DNA of 64,000 nucleotides from a virus. Below the pieces are notes generated by a model, which saw only the letters and a list, made by a program, of their open reading frames with translations, made no database searches and was not told where the DNA came from. The stretch lies in IMG/VR virus record IMGVR_UViG_3300039098_000035, positions 1 to 64,000 of that record; one strand, 5' to 3'. The position numbers and the translations under genes are program-made. The stretch's first letter is position 1; each line of letters starts with the position of its first letter. Positions 17,154 to 26,550 of the stretch are shown here, one piece after another.

Positions 17154-17438
17154 ATGAAATATGTACTCGTAAAATCTAGACATAAGCACACACAATTAAA
17201 TGGAACTGTACCCATATTTAAACAGGTAACTAACCATCAAATTTTTGATTTTGATTACCATAAAAAAATTATACATAATGTTTTAGAGCAGCATACAGGA
17301 GAACTCTTACTGTATGTAACAGGGTTAACACCTTTACTTATTTCAGTGATTAACTACTGCAGGTTATTTAAAATACCTGTAGTTTTATTCCACTTTAATA
17401 GTTCAACTCAACGTTATATACCACAGAGTATCATATGA
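17154..17438 (+). CDS. Small phage protein with a CARF/SAVED-like Rossmann pattern
   Basis: SRH...LLLYVTGLTPLLISVINYC...VVLFHFNSSTQRYIPQ. The fold call is inference. Confidence 0.6.
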   Translation: MKYVLVKSRHKHTQLNGTVPIFKQVTNHQIFDFDYHKKIIHNVLEQHTGELLLYVTGLTPLLISVINYCRLFKIPVVLFHFNSSTQRYIPQSII

Positions 17439-18382
17439 TAATCTATCAATTAGTATTTGGTATAGATTCAGGCCAAGTTAACTGTGTGTTTCACCCTGAT
17501 ACCAGGGCATCAGCAGGTATCAGTAACATAGGACAATTTAACTGCTTCACATGTGGAGCTAAGGCACACAGTCCTGTAAGTTTTGCGTCTCGATACTTTG
17601 GTATCGGATCAGAGCGTGCCAAAAGAATTAGTAATTCATTGGACCGTATACAAAAATATAAATATAAACAAAACCCTATTGAACCTGACCAACGTGCATA
17701 CCTACAAGCCTGTGGTATAAGCGATACTGTAATAGATAAATTCTTTTTCAGTTCGTCAGTACACAAACTAATATTTAATCATACTTGGAATGGTATGTCT
17801 ATAGGTTATACATGGTTCAATGATCCTATCTTAAAAAGCCACAACGCAGGTGCGCCAAAGTATAAGTACGACAGGAATAATATAGGAGGTATGGTTACAC
17901 CCTATGATTCAGCTGAACGATACAATACTTTAGTTGTGTGTGAAGGTGAGAAGGATATGTTAACAGCGCTATCAATGGGAGTTGTTAATGCAGTAGCAAA
18001 AGTAGGTGGAGCAAAATCCTACATTATGGGTGGGCGTAACTTTGAAAACAAAAACATTATCATAGCTTATGACTGTGATAAGTATGGTAGATTAGGAGCA
18101 GAGCAAGATGCTACGCTATTAACAAACCGCTTCAACTGTAAAGTAAAAGTAATAAACTTAGGCTTACAAGATAAGGAAGACTTGAATGATTACTTCATCA
18201 AGTATGGGCACACGGTCCAAGAATTTAATACCCTTATTAAAGCAACACCTATATTTGTACCAGTACCAGTGGTACCTCATGAAAAACTTCTAACGTATGT
18301 TAATGGTCTATCTGCGGATGACATAGACACACTAGAAAATATACTAAAAGAAAAGAAGGAGAAAGACAATGTCAAAAATTAG
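17435..18382 (+). CDS. DNA primase (Zn finger + Toprim)
   Basis: CVFHPD...FNCFTCG; PKYKY; VVCEGEKD; IIIAYDCD; EDLNDYF. Confidence 0.9.
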   Translation: MIIYQLVFGIDSGQVNCVFHPDTRASAGISNIGQFNCFTCGAKAHSPVSFASRYFGIGSERAKRISNSLDRIQKYKYKQNPIEPDQRAYLQACGISDTVIDKFFFSSSVHKLIFNHTWNGMSIGYTWFNDPILKSHNAGAPKYKYDRNNIGGMVTPYDSAERYNTLVVCEGEKDMLTALSMGVVNAVAKVGGAKSYIMGGRNFENKNIIIAYDCDKYGRLGAEQDATLLTNRFNCKVKVINLGLQDKEDLNDYFIKYGHTVQEFNTLIKATPIFVPVPVVPHEKLLTYVNGLSADDIDTLENILKEKKEKDNVKN

Positions 18383-18824
18383 TTTACAAGACATCTTAGT
18401 AGAAGATGCAAAGAATGCTAAGTCATCAGACTTCATTCAAGATACATTAGCACCAGGTAAATACCAGATACAAGTCTTAGAATTTGTAGAGGAAGATACG
18501 TATCAATATATTTCAACAATAGTTAATAAGAAAAAGTATAACTTCTTCTATAACTATTATCTAAAAGATTCAACAGATCTTAATGCGGATACTATTAATT
18601 TTATTAAAGCGTTAGCTACTGTTGCAGTAACCGCTAAGACTACTCTATTAGAGATTGCTAATTCAGCTATCGGTTCTACCTATGAAGTTGAAATTTATAA
18701 CTACGTATCTAAGAGTGGTAAAAATAAAGGAAAGACTATGCATAACATTAATTACAGAGCATTACCTATACGTACAACAACTCAAGTTAATATTGATGTA
18801 GTGGAGGACGACCTACCTTTCTAA
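18369..18824 (+). CDS. Phage SSB-like protein (DUF669-like)
   Basis: LAPGKYQIQV N-terminal motif and acidic C-terminus VVEDDLPF. Confidence 0.6.
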   Translation: MSKISLQDILVEDAKNAKSSDFIQDTLAPGKYQIQVLEFVEEDTYQYISTIVNKKKYNFFYNYYLKDSTDLNADTINFIKALATVAVTAKTTLLEIANSAIGSTYEVEIYNYVSKSGKNKGKTMHNINYRALPIRTTTQVNIDVVEDDLPF

Positions 18825-18878
18825 AAATATAAACCTTGGGGTGTATAGGTTAACCCCAAATAATTTTAAGGAGGTATC

Positions 18879-19127
18879 ATGGATTACGGTGACGAAATTA
18901 AATTAGAAATGAAAATAAATAATACAGTATACGCATATGAATATGAACAAGCAGTGCAAGAAAATAAATGGATAGATGTTGATGGACGTCATCTTGATAT
19001 ATCTGGAATGGGAATGCAGCACATAGCTAATTGTATTAAGCTGTGTAGAACCAAACCAAATTGGCGTCCAGACATGTTAAGACTACTATTAATAGAATAT
19101 AATAAAAGGAGGATACCAAACAAATGA
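18879..19127 (+). CDS. Hypothetical phage protein
   Basis: 82 aa with AAGGAGGT RBS; W.D..G..L.I..M...HIANCI. Confidence 0.7.
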   Translation: MDYGDEIKLEMKINNTVYAYEYEQAVQENKWIDVDGRHLDISGMGMQHIANCIKLCRTKPNWRPDMLRLLLIEYNKRRIPNK

Positions 19128-20449
19128 AACACGGTTATCTATTATACACAGGGTATGGTAAGACTAAGTTAGTACTAGATAAAATTTTAGCTGTACCCCA
19201 CAAACCAAGAACATTATTAATATCTACAAAAAATGTTGTTGAGTCTTCTTGGATTGAACAGATTAATGAATGGTATCCAGGACAAATCAGTTATGATTAT
19301 ATAACAGGGTCTATCAAAGAAAAAGATAGACTGAATATTATCAACAAACTTACTGATATCCTAGCGATGAATACATCTATGTTAAATTGGTACATATCAC
19401 ATACGTGTACCATTAAACGTAAAGCAAAACTTAAGAATGGAGAGATTAAAATATACTATAATGATCACGAAATCTTAAGTCGTTTTGATTTACTCATTAT
19501 AGATGAATCAAGCCTGTTTAAAAATTCACAATCAGAACGGTTTAAACTAATTAAGAAGTGGGCACATAAGATAAAGCATGTCATCATCCTTAGTGCTACA
19601 CCTACACCTAAAAACATAGAAGATCTATGGGCACAGATATATCTATTAGATGGTGGCCAACGATTAGGTAAAAATATTACAGCATTTAGAAATAAATGGG
19701 GCATACCTGTACCATTACCTAATGGGCATAACAAGTATCAATACTCACAAGAAGCTATTGATGAGATACTTAATCTAGTACGTGATATCACTACCAGTAT
19801 ACCTAAACCTGATAAGCCTTTGTTCCCTGAACCTATACTAACTAAAGGTATGATTACACCTGATGCTAGTACAGCTGCATTGCTTAAAGAATTCAAGCGT
19901 GATTATATTACACGATTAGATTCTACTAAAATGTTAGTAGCGTTCAGTGTTAATCAACTCATAACTAAAGTAAATCAAATAGCAAGTGGTGATGTGTATT
20001 ATAAGAAGAATGTATTCCCACTTAACGATCTTAAAATGAAAGTATTAAAGAAACGTTTATCATTACAAACAACACCGGTAATGATTATGTATACATATAA
20101 GTTTGACAAAGTTAAACTATTAGAACTACCAGGTGCAAGGTTACTATCCAAGCCACAAGACTTTAAAGATTGGAACAACAACCTAATACCTATAGGTATA
20201 CTGTCACCCTTTAGTGCAGCACATGGACTTAACTTACAACACAGTGACTGTCGTGAAATGATATGGTTCTCTCCTATATGGGACACAGAGAAATGGATAC
20301 AGACAAACGCACGTGTGTGTAGACGTGGTCAAAAATATATTATAAATATTCTTGTATTAATTATGCGAGGTAGCTATGATGACTACGCATTTAATCTATG
20401 TATAGATAAATTTAAAATACAGTATAATAATTTAGAATTTCTAAGATAG
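19124..20449 (+). CDS. SNF2-like superfamily 2 helicase
   Basis: TGYGKT, IIDESS, LSATP, DLWAQ, AAHGLNLQ, QTNARVCRRGQ. Confidence 0.9.
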   Translation: MKHGYLLYTGYGKTKLVLDKILAVPHKPRTLLISTKNVVESSWIEQINEWYPGQISYDYITGSIKEKDRLNIINKLTDILAMNTSMLNWYISHTCTIKRKAKLKNGEIKIYYNDHEILSRFDLLIIDESSLFKNSQSERFKLIKKWAHKIKHVIILSATPTPKNIEDLWAQIYLLDGGQRLGKNITAFRNKWGIPVPLPNGHNKYQYSQEAIDEILNLVRDITTSIPKPDKPLFPEPILTKGMITPDASTAALLKEFKRDYITRLDSTKMLVAFSVNQLITKVNQIASGDVYYKKNVFPLNDLKMKVLKKRLSLQTTPVMIMYTYKFDKVKLLELPGARLLSKPQDFKDWNNNLIPIGILSPFSAAHGLNLQHSDCREMIWFSPIWDTEKWIQTNARVCRRGQKYIINILVLIMRGSYDDYAFNLCIDKFKIQYNNLEFLR

Positions 20450-20459
20450 GAGATAGACG

Positions 20460-22487
20460 ATGCTTAAGTATTTAATATTTGATACAGAAACAACAGGCTT
20501 ACATATAATATCTGATCGTCCATTCCTATTTCAGTATGGATTGGTTGATGAAAATTTAAACTTAGTATTAACAAAAGTGTTCCGCCCTAATAATGTTGCT
20601 GACTTAGCAACATTTATAACATATTTAGATTCAGTTGAAGTGTTAGTAGGAGCTAATATTAAATTCGATGTTAATCAAACTATTAACATAGGTGTACCTG
20701 CAAATGTCTTTAAAGATAAACATTACATAGACACTGCTGTCCTTGCACGTTTAGTAATATCTCATGATACACAAAAGGACAAGACTTTTTCAGTAGCCTT
20801 AAAGAAATTAGCTCAGCGATACCTTAACATAGACGCCGCTGATGAAGAGCGTAAGCTTAAAGCAGAGCTTAGTAAGTTAACGATGGCACACAAAGCATTA
20901 ATGAAAGAGCACTATATAAACCAAGGTGTATGGGACACTACATTGAAAGCCCGTGAGCAAACACAAATCATCAATGAGGTATATAATAAATGGAATAAAG
21001 TATTCCATAAATACCCACGATTGAAACAACCTCGTAAGACTTTCCTTGCACATAACCGTACACCTAATTATTCTGATGTGGCTAACATTGAGACTTATGG
21101 TAGAAAAGATATAACATTAACACATGGTTTACTTAAATTATTTTATCCTGATGTAATTAGGTTACAACAAATTCCTGCGTTTATAAGAACAAGTGCAGCT
21201 ACATATCCTTTAATAGATATGGAACGTGCTGGTTTAACAGTAGATGTACAACGTCTCTTACAAGACAGAGCTATGATAGTTAAAGAACAAGCAGTAACAC
21301 ATATCATAGATCCTCGTACTAACACAAGGTTAAACATTGGTCAACACGCTAAACTTAGAGCACTCTATGAGTATGAATCAGGTATGCTTCTTACAAGTGC
21401 TGATAAAGAAACGCGTGCACGCATAGAAGCTAAGTCACCTGCAGCTAAAGCAGCTAATTATTTAGCTAAGATGGATAAGTATTTATCTACATATATTACA
21501 GGGATTCTTAATAAACTAACTAAGGTAGGAACAGAGTATAATGTATACACTCAATACAATCTAGCCGGTACGATAACGGGTAGACTATCATCAGACTTCC
21601 AACAATTTCCAAGAGACCCATTGGTATTAAAAAACGGGTATGAAGTTAACATACGCTCATGGTTTATAGTTCCTAAAAAATATAAGTATATGTTTTACTT
21701 TGACTATAGTCAGATGGAACTACGGCTTCAATGTGAATGGACTAACATAGTAAACGGACAGCCTGATGAAAATATGGCACGTGCTTTTTATCCTTATCAT
21801 TGTTATCGTATGGATAAAGGACAGTTAATACCTTATAAAGGAGGTGTTAAGTGGGAGCAATATACATGGTATCTTAATGAATGTGTTAATACATTGTGGA
21901 AACCTGTAGATTTACATGCCCTTACTACGAAAAATGCTTTTCCTGGTATAGATGAAACGCATCCTGATTGGAAACATTACAGAGGGTTGGGTAAACGTAC
22001 TAACTTTGCAGTAAACTATGGAGCATCAGCACCTAGAATAGCTCAAGCATTGCATGTAGATTTACCTACAGCTAGAGCTTTAGTTAAAGGATATAGAGAT
22101 GCATTTCAAGGTGTAGTTAAATTTGGTAAGTGGTTACAAAACAGATGCTATGTTACTACTAGTATACCTAACTTATTATTTAGACGTTACTACTCACGTA
22201 ACAAACATCTTATGCAGAACTGGTTAGTTCAAGGTAGTGGAGCAGACATACTGTTAGAAAAAATTAAAGAAGTGTGGGACTACATACAAGACAAACCTCA
22301 TTGGAAATTATTCTTATCCGTCCATGATGAGTTAGGTTTATATTGTAAAGACATACCTCAAGCACAGCTTAAGAAAGAAGTAGAAGAACTTAAACAAGTT
22401 ATGATGTATCGTCTATCAGCTGTAGATATTACAGTAGACGTAGAGTATACAACAACTAAATGGTCTGAGAAAAAGGAGTGGAAATAA
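20460..22487 (+). CDS. polA: Family A DNA polymerase with 3'-5' exonuclease
   Basis: DTETTGL, GANIKFD, TITGRLSS, DYSQMELR, KRTNFAVNYG (Phe at the 762-equivalent position), VQGSGAD, VHDE. Confidence 0.95.
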   Translation: MLKYLIFDTETTGLHIISDRPFLFQYGLVDENLNLVLTKVFRPNNVADLATFITYLDSVEVLVGANIKFDVNQTINIGVPANVFKDKHYIDTAVLARLVISHDTQKDKTFSVALKKLAQRYLNIDAADEERKLKAELSKLTMAHKALMKEHYINQGVWDTTLKAREQTQIINEVYNKWNKVFHKYPRLKQPRKTFLAHNRTPNYSDVANIETYGRKDITLTHGLLKLFYPDVIRLQQIPAFIRTSAATYPLIDMERAGLTVDVQRLLQDRAMIVKEQAVTHIIDPRTNTRLNIGQHAKLRALYEYESGMLLTSADKETRARIEAKSPAAKAANYLAKMDKYLSTYITGILNKLTKVGTEYNVYTQYNLAGTITGRLSSDFQQFPRDPLVLKNGYEVNIRSWFIVPKKYKYMFYFDYSQMELRLQCEWTNIVNGQPDENMARAFYPYHCYRMDKGQLIPYKGGVKWEQYTWYLNECVNTLWKPVDLHALTTKNAFPGIDETHPDWKHYRGLGKRTNFAVNYGASAPRIAQALHVDLPTARALVKGYRDAFQGVVKFGKWLQNRCYVTTSIPNLLFRRYYSRNKHLMQNWLVQGSGADILLEKIKEVWDYIQDKPHWKLFLSVHDELGLYCKDIPQAQLKKEVEELKQVMMYRLSAVDITVDVEYTTTKWSEKKEWK

Positions 22488-22903
22488 TGTATATAAAAGA
22501 TCTTACTAAAGATACAAAGTTATTAAAGAAACAAGGTGATGGATTCTTAGTTGATGTATTAATTAAGGACGGTATAAAAACTATACGTACTACTACTGAT
22601 CCTTTTCTTGCTAAACAATATACTGTAAAAGAAATGTTTGAAGAAGTATATCATAACATGAGTGCTAATGACATTAAAGATGTTCGTACTGCACATGCTA
22701 AAGGTAATGATAGTTATCGTACTGTACTTGCTTATCGTTGTGATAACTACTATGCCCTTAAAACGTCAAATATAAGTTATGGGTATAATAAAGATATGGA
22801 AGCAGAGAAAAAATTATTAATAGAATTAGATTTATCTTATATGATTGAACAAGAAGAGACTGTAATAGAATCTATTGATATCTTAGGAGGCGGCGATGAG
22901 TAA
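22487..22903 (+). CDS. Hypothetical protein
   Basis: ATG 22487 is TAATG-coupled to the polymerase. Confidence 0.65.
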   Translation: MYIKDLTKDTKLLKKQGDGFLVDVLIKDGIKTIRTTTDPFLAKQYTVKEMFEEVYHNMSANDIKDVRTAHAKGNDSYRTVLAYRCDNYYALKTSNISYGYNKDMEAEKKLLIELDLSYMIEQEETVIESIDILGGGDE

Positions 22904-23852
22904 AATAATATTTAATGTAGCGCGTCATGAGTACCAGGTTAATGGTGTAATATATATGAGTACAACACAGCTTATGAAAAAGTATGGGTTGTCTGTAGAC
23001 TATGGTACGATACCTGCAGCTGTATTAGCTAAGGCAGCGAAGAAAGGTAATGCAATACACAAAGCATTAGAAGAACATATCAAAGGAGATAAAACTATGA
23101 TTGGTTTATTCGATGAGGTTAAACTCTTTGATAGCTTTATTAAAGCTCGTGGTGTAGACTCTACATGTTTAGTGCCTGAAGAAATAATAGCAGATAATAC
23201 TTATCAAGTAGCAGGTACTGTAGATTTACAATACATAGATGGACAAGATGATGTACTTGCAGATTTTAAAACTACTTCCTCATTGCATATGGATGCAGTA
23301 GCGTGGCAGTTAAGCATATACAACTATATTAAATGTAAAGGAGATCTACTTGCATATTATTTTAAAAAATTAAAAGTCTTTCATTTTAATGGTGTACGTA
23401 TGTATGTTAAAGATGTATACACCGTAGACTATGATGCAGTGGTAGCGTTATTAGAAACACATAAGCGTAGAGATAAAACCTATACTTATATTAAACCTAA
23501 TAAAGTAATCTTACCTACAGAAGAGGTATACCTTAATCAAATTATGACAGAGATAAAGTTACATGAGGATGCTGTAATTAAACTTAAAGCAGAATCACTT
23601 ATAATTTTAGAAAAAGTTAAAAAGAATTTTATTAAACAAAAAGATTATGCATTTACTAACGGTGTAATAAACATTAAGTATACTGGTGCAATACATAGAC
23701 GTAGTCTTAATCAAAGCAAAGCTAAGAAATTCATTACAGATAATGGGGGCATATTAGAAACATTTATGAACGAAACAATTAGTGCAGATAAAGCAACAGC
23801 TAAGCTGTGTAAACAAACAAGTCAAGATGGTGATCAAGATGCTATGCCCTGA
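22896..23852 (+). CDS. PD-(D/E)XK exonuclease (RecB-like)
   Basis: GNAIHKALE; AGTVDL...ADFKT...WQLSIY. Confidence 0.85.
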   Translation: MSKIIFNVARHEYQVNGVIYMSTTQLMKKYGLSVDYGTIPAAVLAKAAKKGNAIHKALEEHIKGDKTMIGLFDEVKLFDSFIKARGVDSTCLVPEEIIADNTYQVAGTVDLQYIDGQDDVLADFKTTSSLHMDAVAWQLSIYNYIKCKGDLLAYYFKKLKVFHFNGVRMYVKDVYTVDYDAVVALLETHKRRDKTYTYIKPNKVILPTEEVYLNQIMTEIKLHEDAVIKLKAESLIILEKVKKNFIKQKDYAFTNGVINIKYTGAIHRRSLNQSKAKKFITDNGGILETFMNETISADKATAKLCKQTSQDGDQDAMP

Positions 23853-23921
23853 TGATATGATAACACAAGATGTTATGTTAGACGCAATAGAAAAAATGAA
23901 AAAACAATTAAGGAGATAACT

Positions 23922-24218
23922 ATGGACAACCCTAAAGGCTATATGAATGCAGTACATGTATTCGGACGCAGCATGATGGGAAGACTTGGACAGACGCGTC
24001 ACTTGCAATGGCAGTGGCGCAACAAGTCTAAACCCTTACAAACAATATCACTTACAAAGAAACAGTATGATGATATTAAAAAATTATTAGGTCCTATAGA
24101 TAGTAAAGCGGTAAATACTTTAACAGAGTACAGTAATAGTATCCGTATATACCATACACATACTGCTAAATATTATATGAGAGTAAAAAGATACATAAAG
24201 AAAGAAGGTTTAATATGA
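23922..24218 (+). CDS. Hypothetical protein
   Basis: 98 aa with AAGGAG RBS. Confidence 0.65.
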   Translation: MDNPKGYMNAVHVFGRSMMGRLGQTRHLQWQWRNKSKPLQTISLTKKQYDDIKKLLGPIDSKAVNTLTEYSNSIRIYHTHTAKYYMRVKRYIKKEGLI

Positions 24219-25114
24219 AAGAAATGTTTATCACTAAAAAATTTAGAGATAAAAGTTTAAGCCTTATTAATGCTATTAATAATATTATTGTAGAATATCA
24301 AAATCAAGGGTACGAGTTAACACTACGACAAATATATTATCAATTAGTTGCTAGAGGAAGTATACCTAATACAGAACGTAGTTATAAGAACATAGGTTCA
24401 TTGGTTAATAGTGGCAGGCTCGCAGGTATGATAGATTGGGATGCTGTAGTTGATAGGACTAGACATATTAGAAAAAATCAGCATTGGAATACTCCGGAAC
24501 AAATTGTAAAAGCTGCTCTTAATTCTTATAAAATTGATATGCGAGAAAATCAACCCATATATATAGAAGTATGGGTAGAAAAAGATGCATTGATATCCAT
24601 TGTTGAGGGTGTCGCTAATGAACATGATGTTACATGTTTTAGTTGTAGAGGATACGTATCTCAAAGTGAGATGTATCAGGCAGCGCAGCGTTTTATTGAT
24701 CAAGGCCATTTAATTGATAGGTATATTTTACATCTTGGAGATCACGATCCATCAGGTATGGATATGACAAGAGATATTCAAGACCGCTTAGAAATGTTTG
24801 GTGCAGATGTAATTGTAAAACGCTTAGCTTTAAATTGGGAACAGATAGAGTTGTACAATCCTCCTACCAACCCTGCTAAGTTAAGTGATAGTAGAGCTGA
24901 AGGATATATTAATTTATATGGGTCTTACTCCTGGGAATTGGATGCTTTAGAACCTAAAGTAATAGAAGTTTTAATTCAAGATGCAATAGAAGAATTAACA
25001 GATGAAGATTTACTTATAGATAAACAGAAGGATTTAAAAGCGGACCAAAATAAATTAAAACGAATGCTTAAATTAAACTAAGAAGTATAAAGAAAGAAGG
25101 TCTAATATGAAAGA
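24195..25114 (+). repeat. 28-bp direct repeat (27/28 identical) flanking the Topo VI A-like gene
   Basis: ATAAAGAAAGAAGGT(T/C)TAATATGAAAGA at 24195-24222 and 25087-25114. Confidence 0.85.
24215..25081 (+). CDS. Topoisomerase VI subunit A-like (Mini-A/JetD-type Toprim) protein
   Basis: LTLRQIYYQL (WHD tyrosine), IEVWVEKDAL, RGYVS, LGDHDPSG, WELDAL. Confidence 0.85.
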   Translation: MKEMFITKKFRDKSLSLINAINNIIVEYQNQGYELTLRQIYYQLVARGSIPNTERSYKNIGSLVNSGRLAGMIDWDAVVDRTRHIRKNQHWNTPEQIVKAALNSYKIDMRENQPIYIEVWVEKDALISIVEGVANEHDVTCFSCRGYVSQSEMYQAAQRFIDQGHLIDRYILHLGDHDPSGMDMTRDIQDRLEMFGADVIVKRLALNWEQIELYNPPTNPAKLSDSRAEGYINLYGSYSWELDALEPKVIEVLIQDAIEELTDEDLLIDKQKDLKADQNKLKRMLKLN

Positions 25115-25238
25115 CGAAGTAGTAACGTTATTTAAAGAAGCGGGTATGCCTATACCAGATGCATACTTCGATGTAACAGAGGATGGTACTGAGATAGTAA
25201 TCATCCAGAAAGAGGAGGAAGTAAATGGAAAAACTTAA
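25107..25238 (+). CDS. 43-aa acidic protein
   Basis: Read manually: MKDEVVTLFKEAGMPIPDAYFDVTEDG... Confidence 0.55.
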   Translation: MKDEVVTLFKEAGMPIPDAYFDVTEDGTEIVIIQKEEEVNGKT

Positions 25239-26148
25239 CTTTACACCTATTGTACAGTACAAGAAACCGATGAAGAGTTTATTGTTCGGACCCCAACATG
25301 CAGGTAAGACTTGGAATAGCTTAGATTTAGCGGCAGGTATTGTTATGGAAGAACGTGGATACAAAGATATTAAAAAAGTATGGAAACATATAGCTGTATT
25401 AGACACAGAGAACAGACGTGCTATTTTAGTACTGCGTAAGAAAGGTGCCATGGATGTTAACTATCAAGAAATTAAACCACCGTTTAATAGTAATAAAGTT
25501 GTTGAACTTCAGCAACAGTTAGATCTTTTAGATAACATTGATGTTATTATACATGATTCATTGACACACTACTGGGCTAAAAAGGGTGGAGTGTTAGATG
25601 AGAAGGCACAAAAAGATAAACAAGGTGGTAACTCATACACTAACTGGCAAGAGTATAGTGCTAAGTTTAATGATATGATTGATACTTTATTACAATCTCC
25701 TAAACATATTATTATTACTGCCCGTTCAAAGAATGATGTAGTAATGGAAGAGAATCATAAGGGTAAGATGGCGCCTGTAACATATGGATTAAAGCCTATG
25801 TTGCGTGACGATATTGAATATGATTTTGATATGGTATTTAATGTGGATAAAGATACACATAGTCTTATCGTAGATAAAGGTGTGCCTGATATAATGCCTA
25901 TCTATTCTAATGTAACTGTAGATACTGGTAGAGAACTATATCAACTGTTTAATGCAGGTACTGTAATCCAATCACGTACAATGGATCACATTAAAGAAAG
26001 TATTAAATCTTTAACACGCGCAAATAATATGGTAACCTTTGTAATGCAGAAACTACAAGGTAAAAAATTAGATGAATTAGATATTGATGAATTAATTACC
26101 ATAGAAAAAATATTGATTGATGAAGTAAAGAAACAACAACTTAAATAA
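25225..26148 (+). CDS. Sak4-like (AAA_24) ssDNA-annealing ATPase
   Basis: LLFGPQHAGKT, VLDTEN, IIHDSLTHYW, HIIITARSK, IEYDFD. Confidence 0.85.
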   Translation: MEKLNFTPIVQYKKPMKSLLFGPQHAGKTWNSLDLAAGIVMEERGYKDIKKVWKHIAVLDTENRRAILVLRKKGAMDVNYQEIKPPFNSNKVVELQQQLDLLDNIDVIIHDSLTHYWAKKGGVLDEKAQKDKQGGNSYTNWQEYSAKFNDMIDTLLQSPKHIIITARSKNDVVMEENHKGKMAPVTYGLKPMLRDDIEYDFDMVFNVDKDTHSLIVDKGVPDIMPIYSNVTVDTGRELYQLFNAGTVIQSRTMDHIKESIKSLTRANNMVTFVMQKLQGKKLDELDIDELITIEKILIDEVKKQQLK

Positions 26149-26164
26149 CTTGGAGGTATTGTAC

Positions 26165-26470
26165 ATGTTACTACATGTATTATTAAAAGTATTAGATTTA
26201 ACATCTATATATACATTTAAACTAGATAATAAAGAATATTCTCTTAGGTATCTTCGAGATAATTATGACACAATAGATATTGTACGGGCTAGAATTACTG
26301 TTGAACATAGAACGTTATTCAAAGAAGACATTAGTATTTTATTAGATGTTGATAACTTAGAACACCTGGATAAATATACTGATGCTGAAATTATAATCCC
26401 TGAAGCATCTATCTATGCTCATATGGTACTAAATATATTCACAGATATAAAGTATATACCCACAGTTTAA
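26165..26470 (+). CDS. Hypothetical protein
   Basis: GGAGGT RBS before ATG 26165; last gene of the rightward arm. Confidence 0.6.
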   Translation: MLLHVLLKVLDLTSIYTFKLDNKEYSLRYLRDNYDTIDIVRARITVEHRTLFKEDISILLDVDNLEHLDKYTDAEIIIPEASIYAHMVLNIFTDIKYIPTV

Positions 26471-26508
26471 ACCATATGCCATGTGTTTCTACGATTCAGG
26501 GTATATAT

Positions 26509-26550
26509 AAATAACCCCTTACTCTTATGAGTAGGGGGTTTATTTTTTTT
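26509..26550. terminator. Terminator between the convergent arms, probably bidirectional
   Basis: AACCCCTTACTC-ttat-GAGTAGGGGTT with an A-rich left flank and T run on the right. Confidence 0.8.

Noticed and set aside
22896-23852. Cas4 or CRISPR adaptation gene
   Set aside because: No Fe-S cysteine cluster, no cas genes or array; fits a recombination exonuclease partnered with the Sak4-like ATPase.
24215-25081. Wadjet (JetABCD) defence system
   Set aside because: Only the Toprim nuclease-like gene is present; no SMC or kleisin genes.
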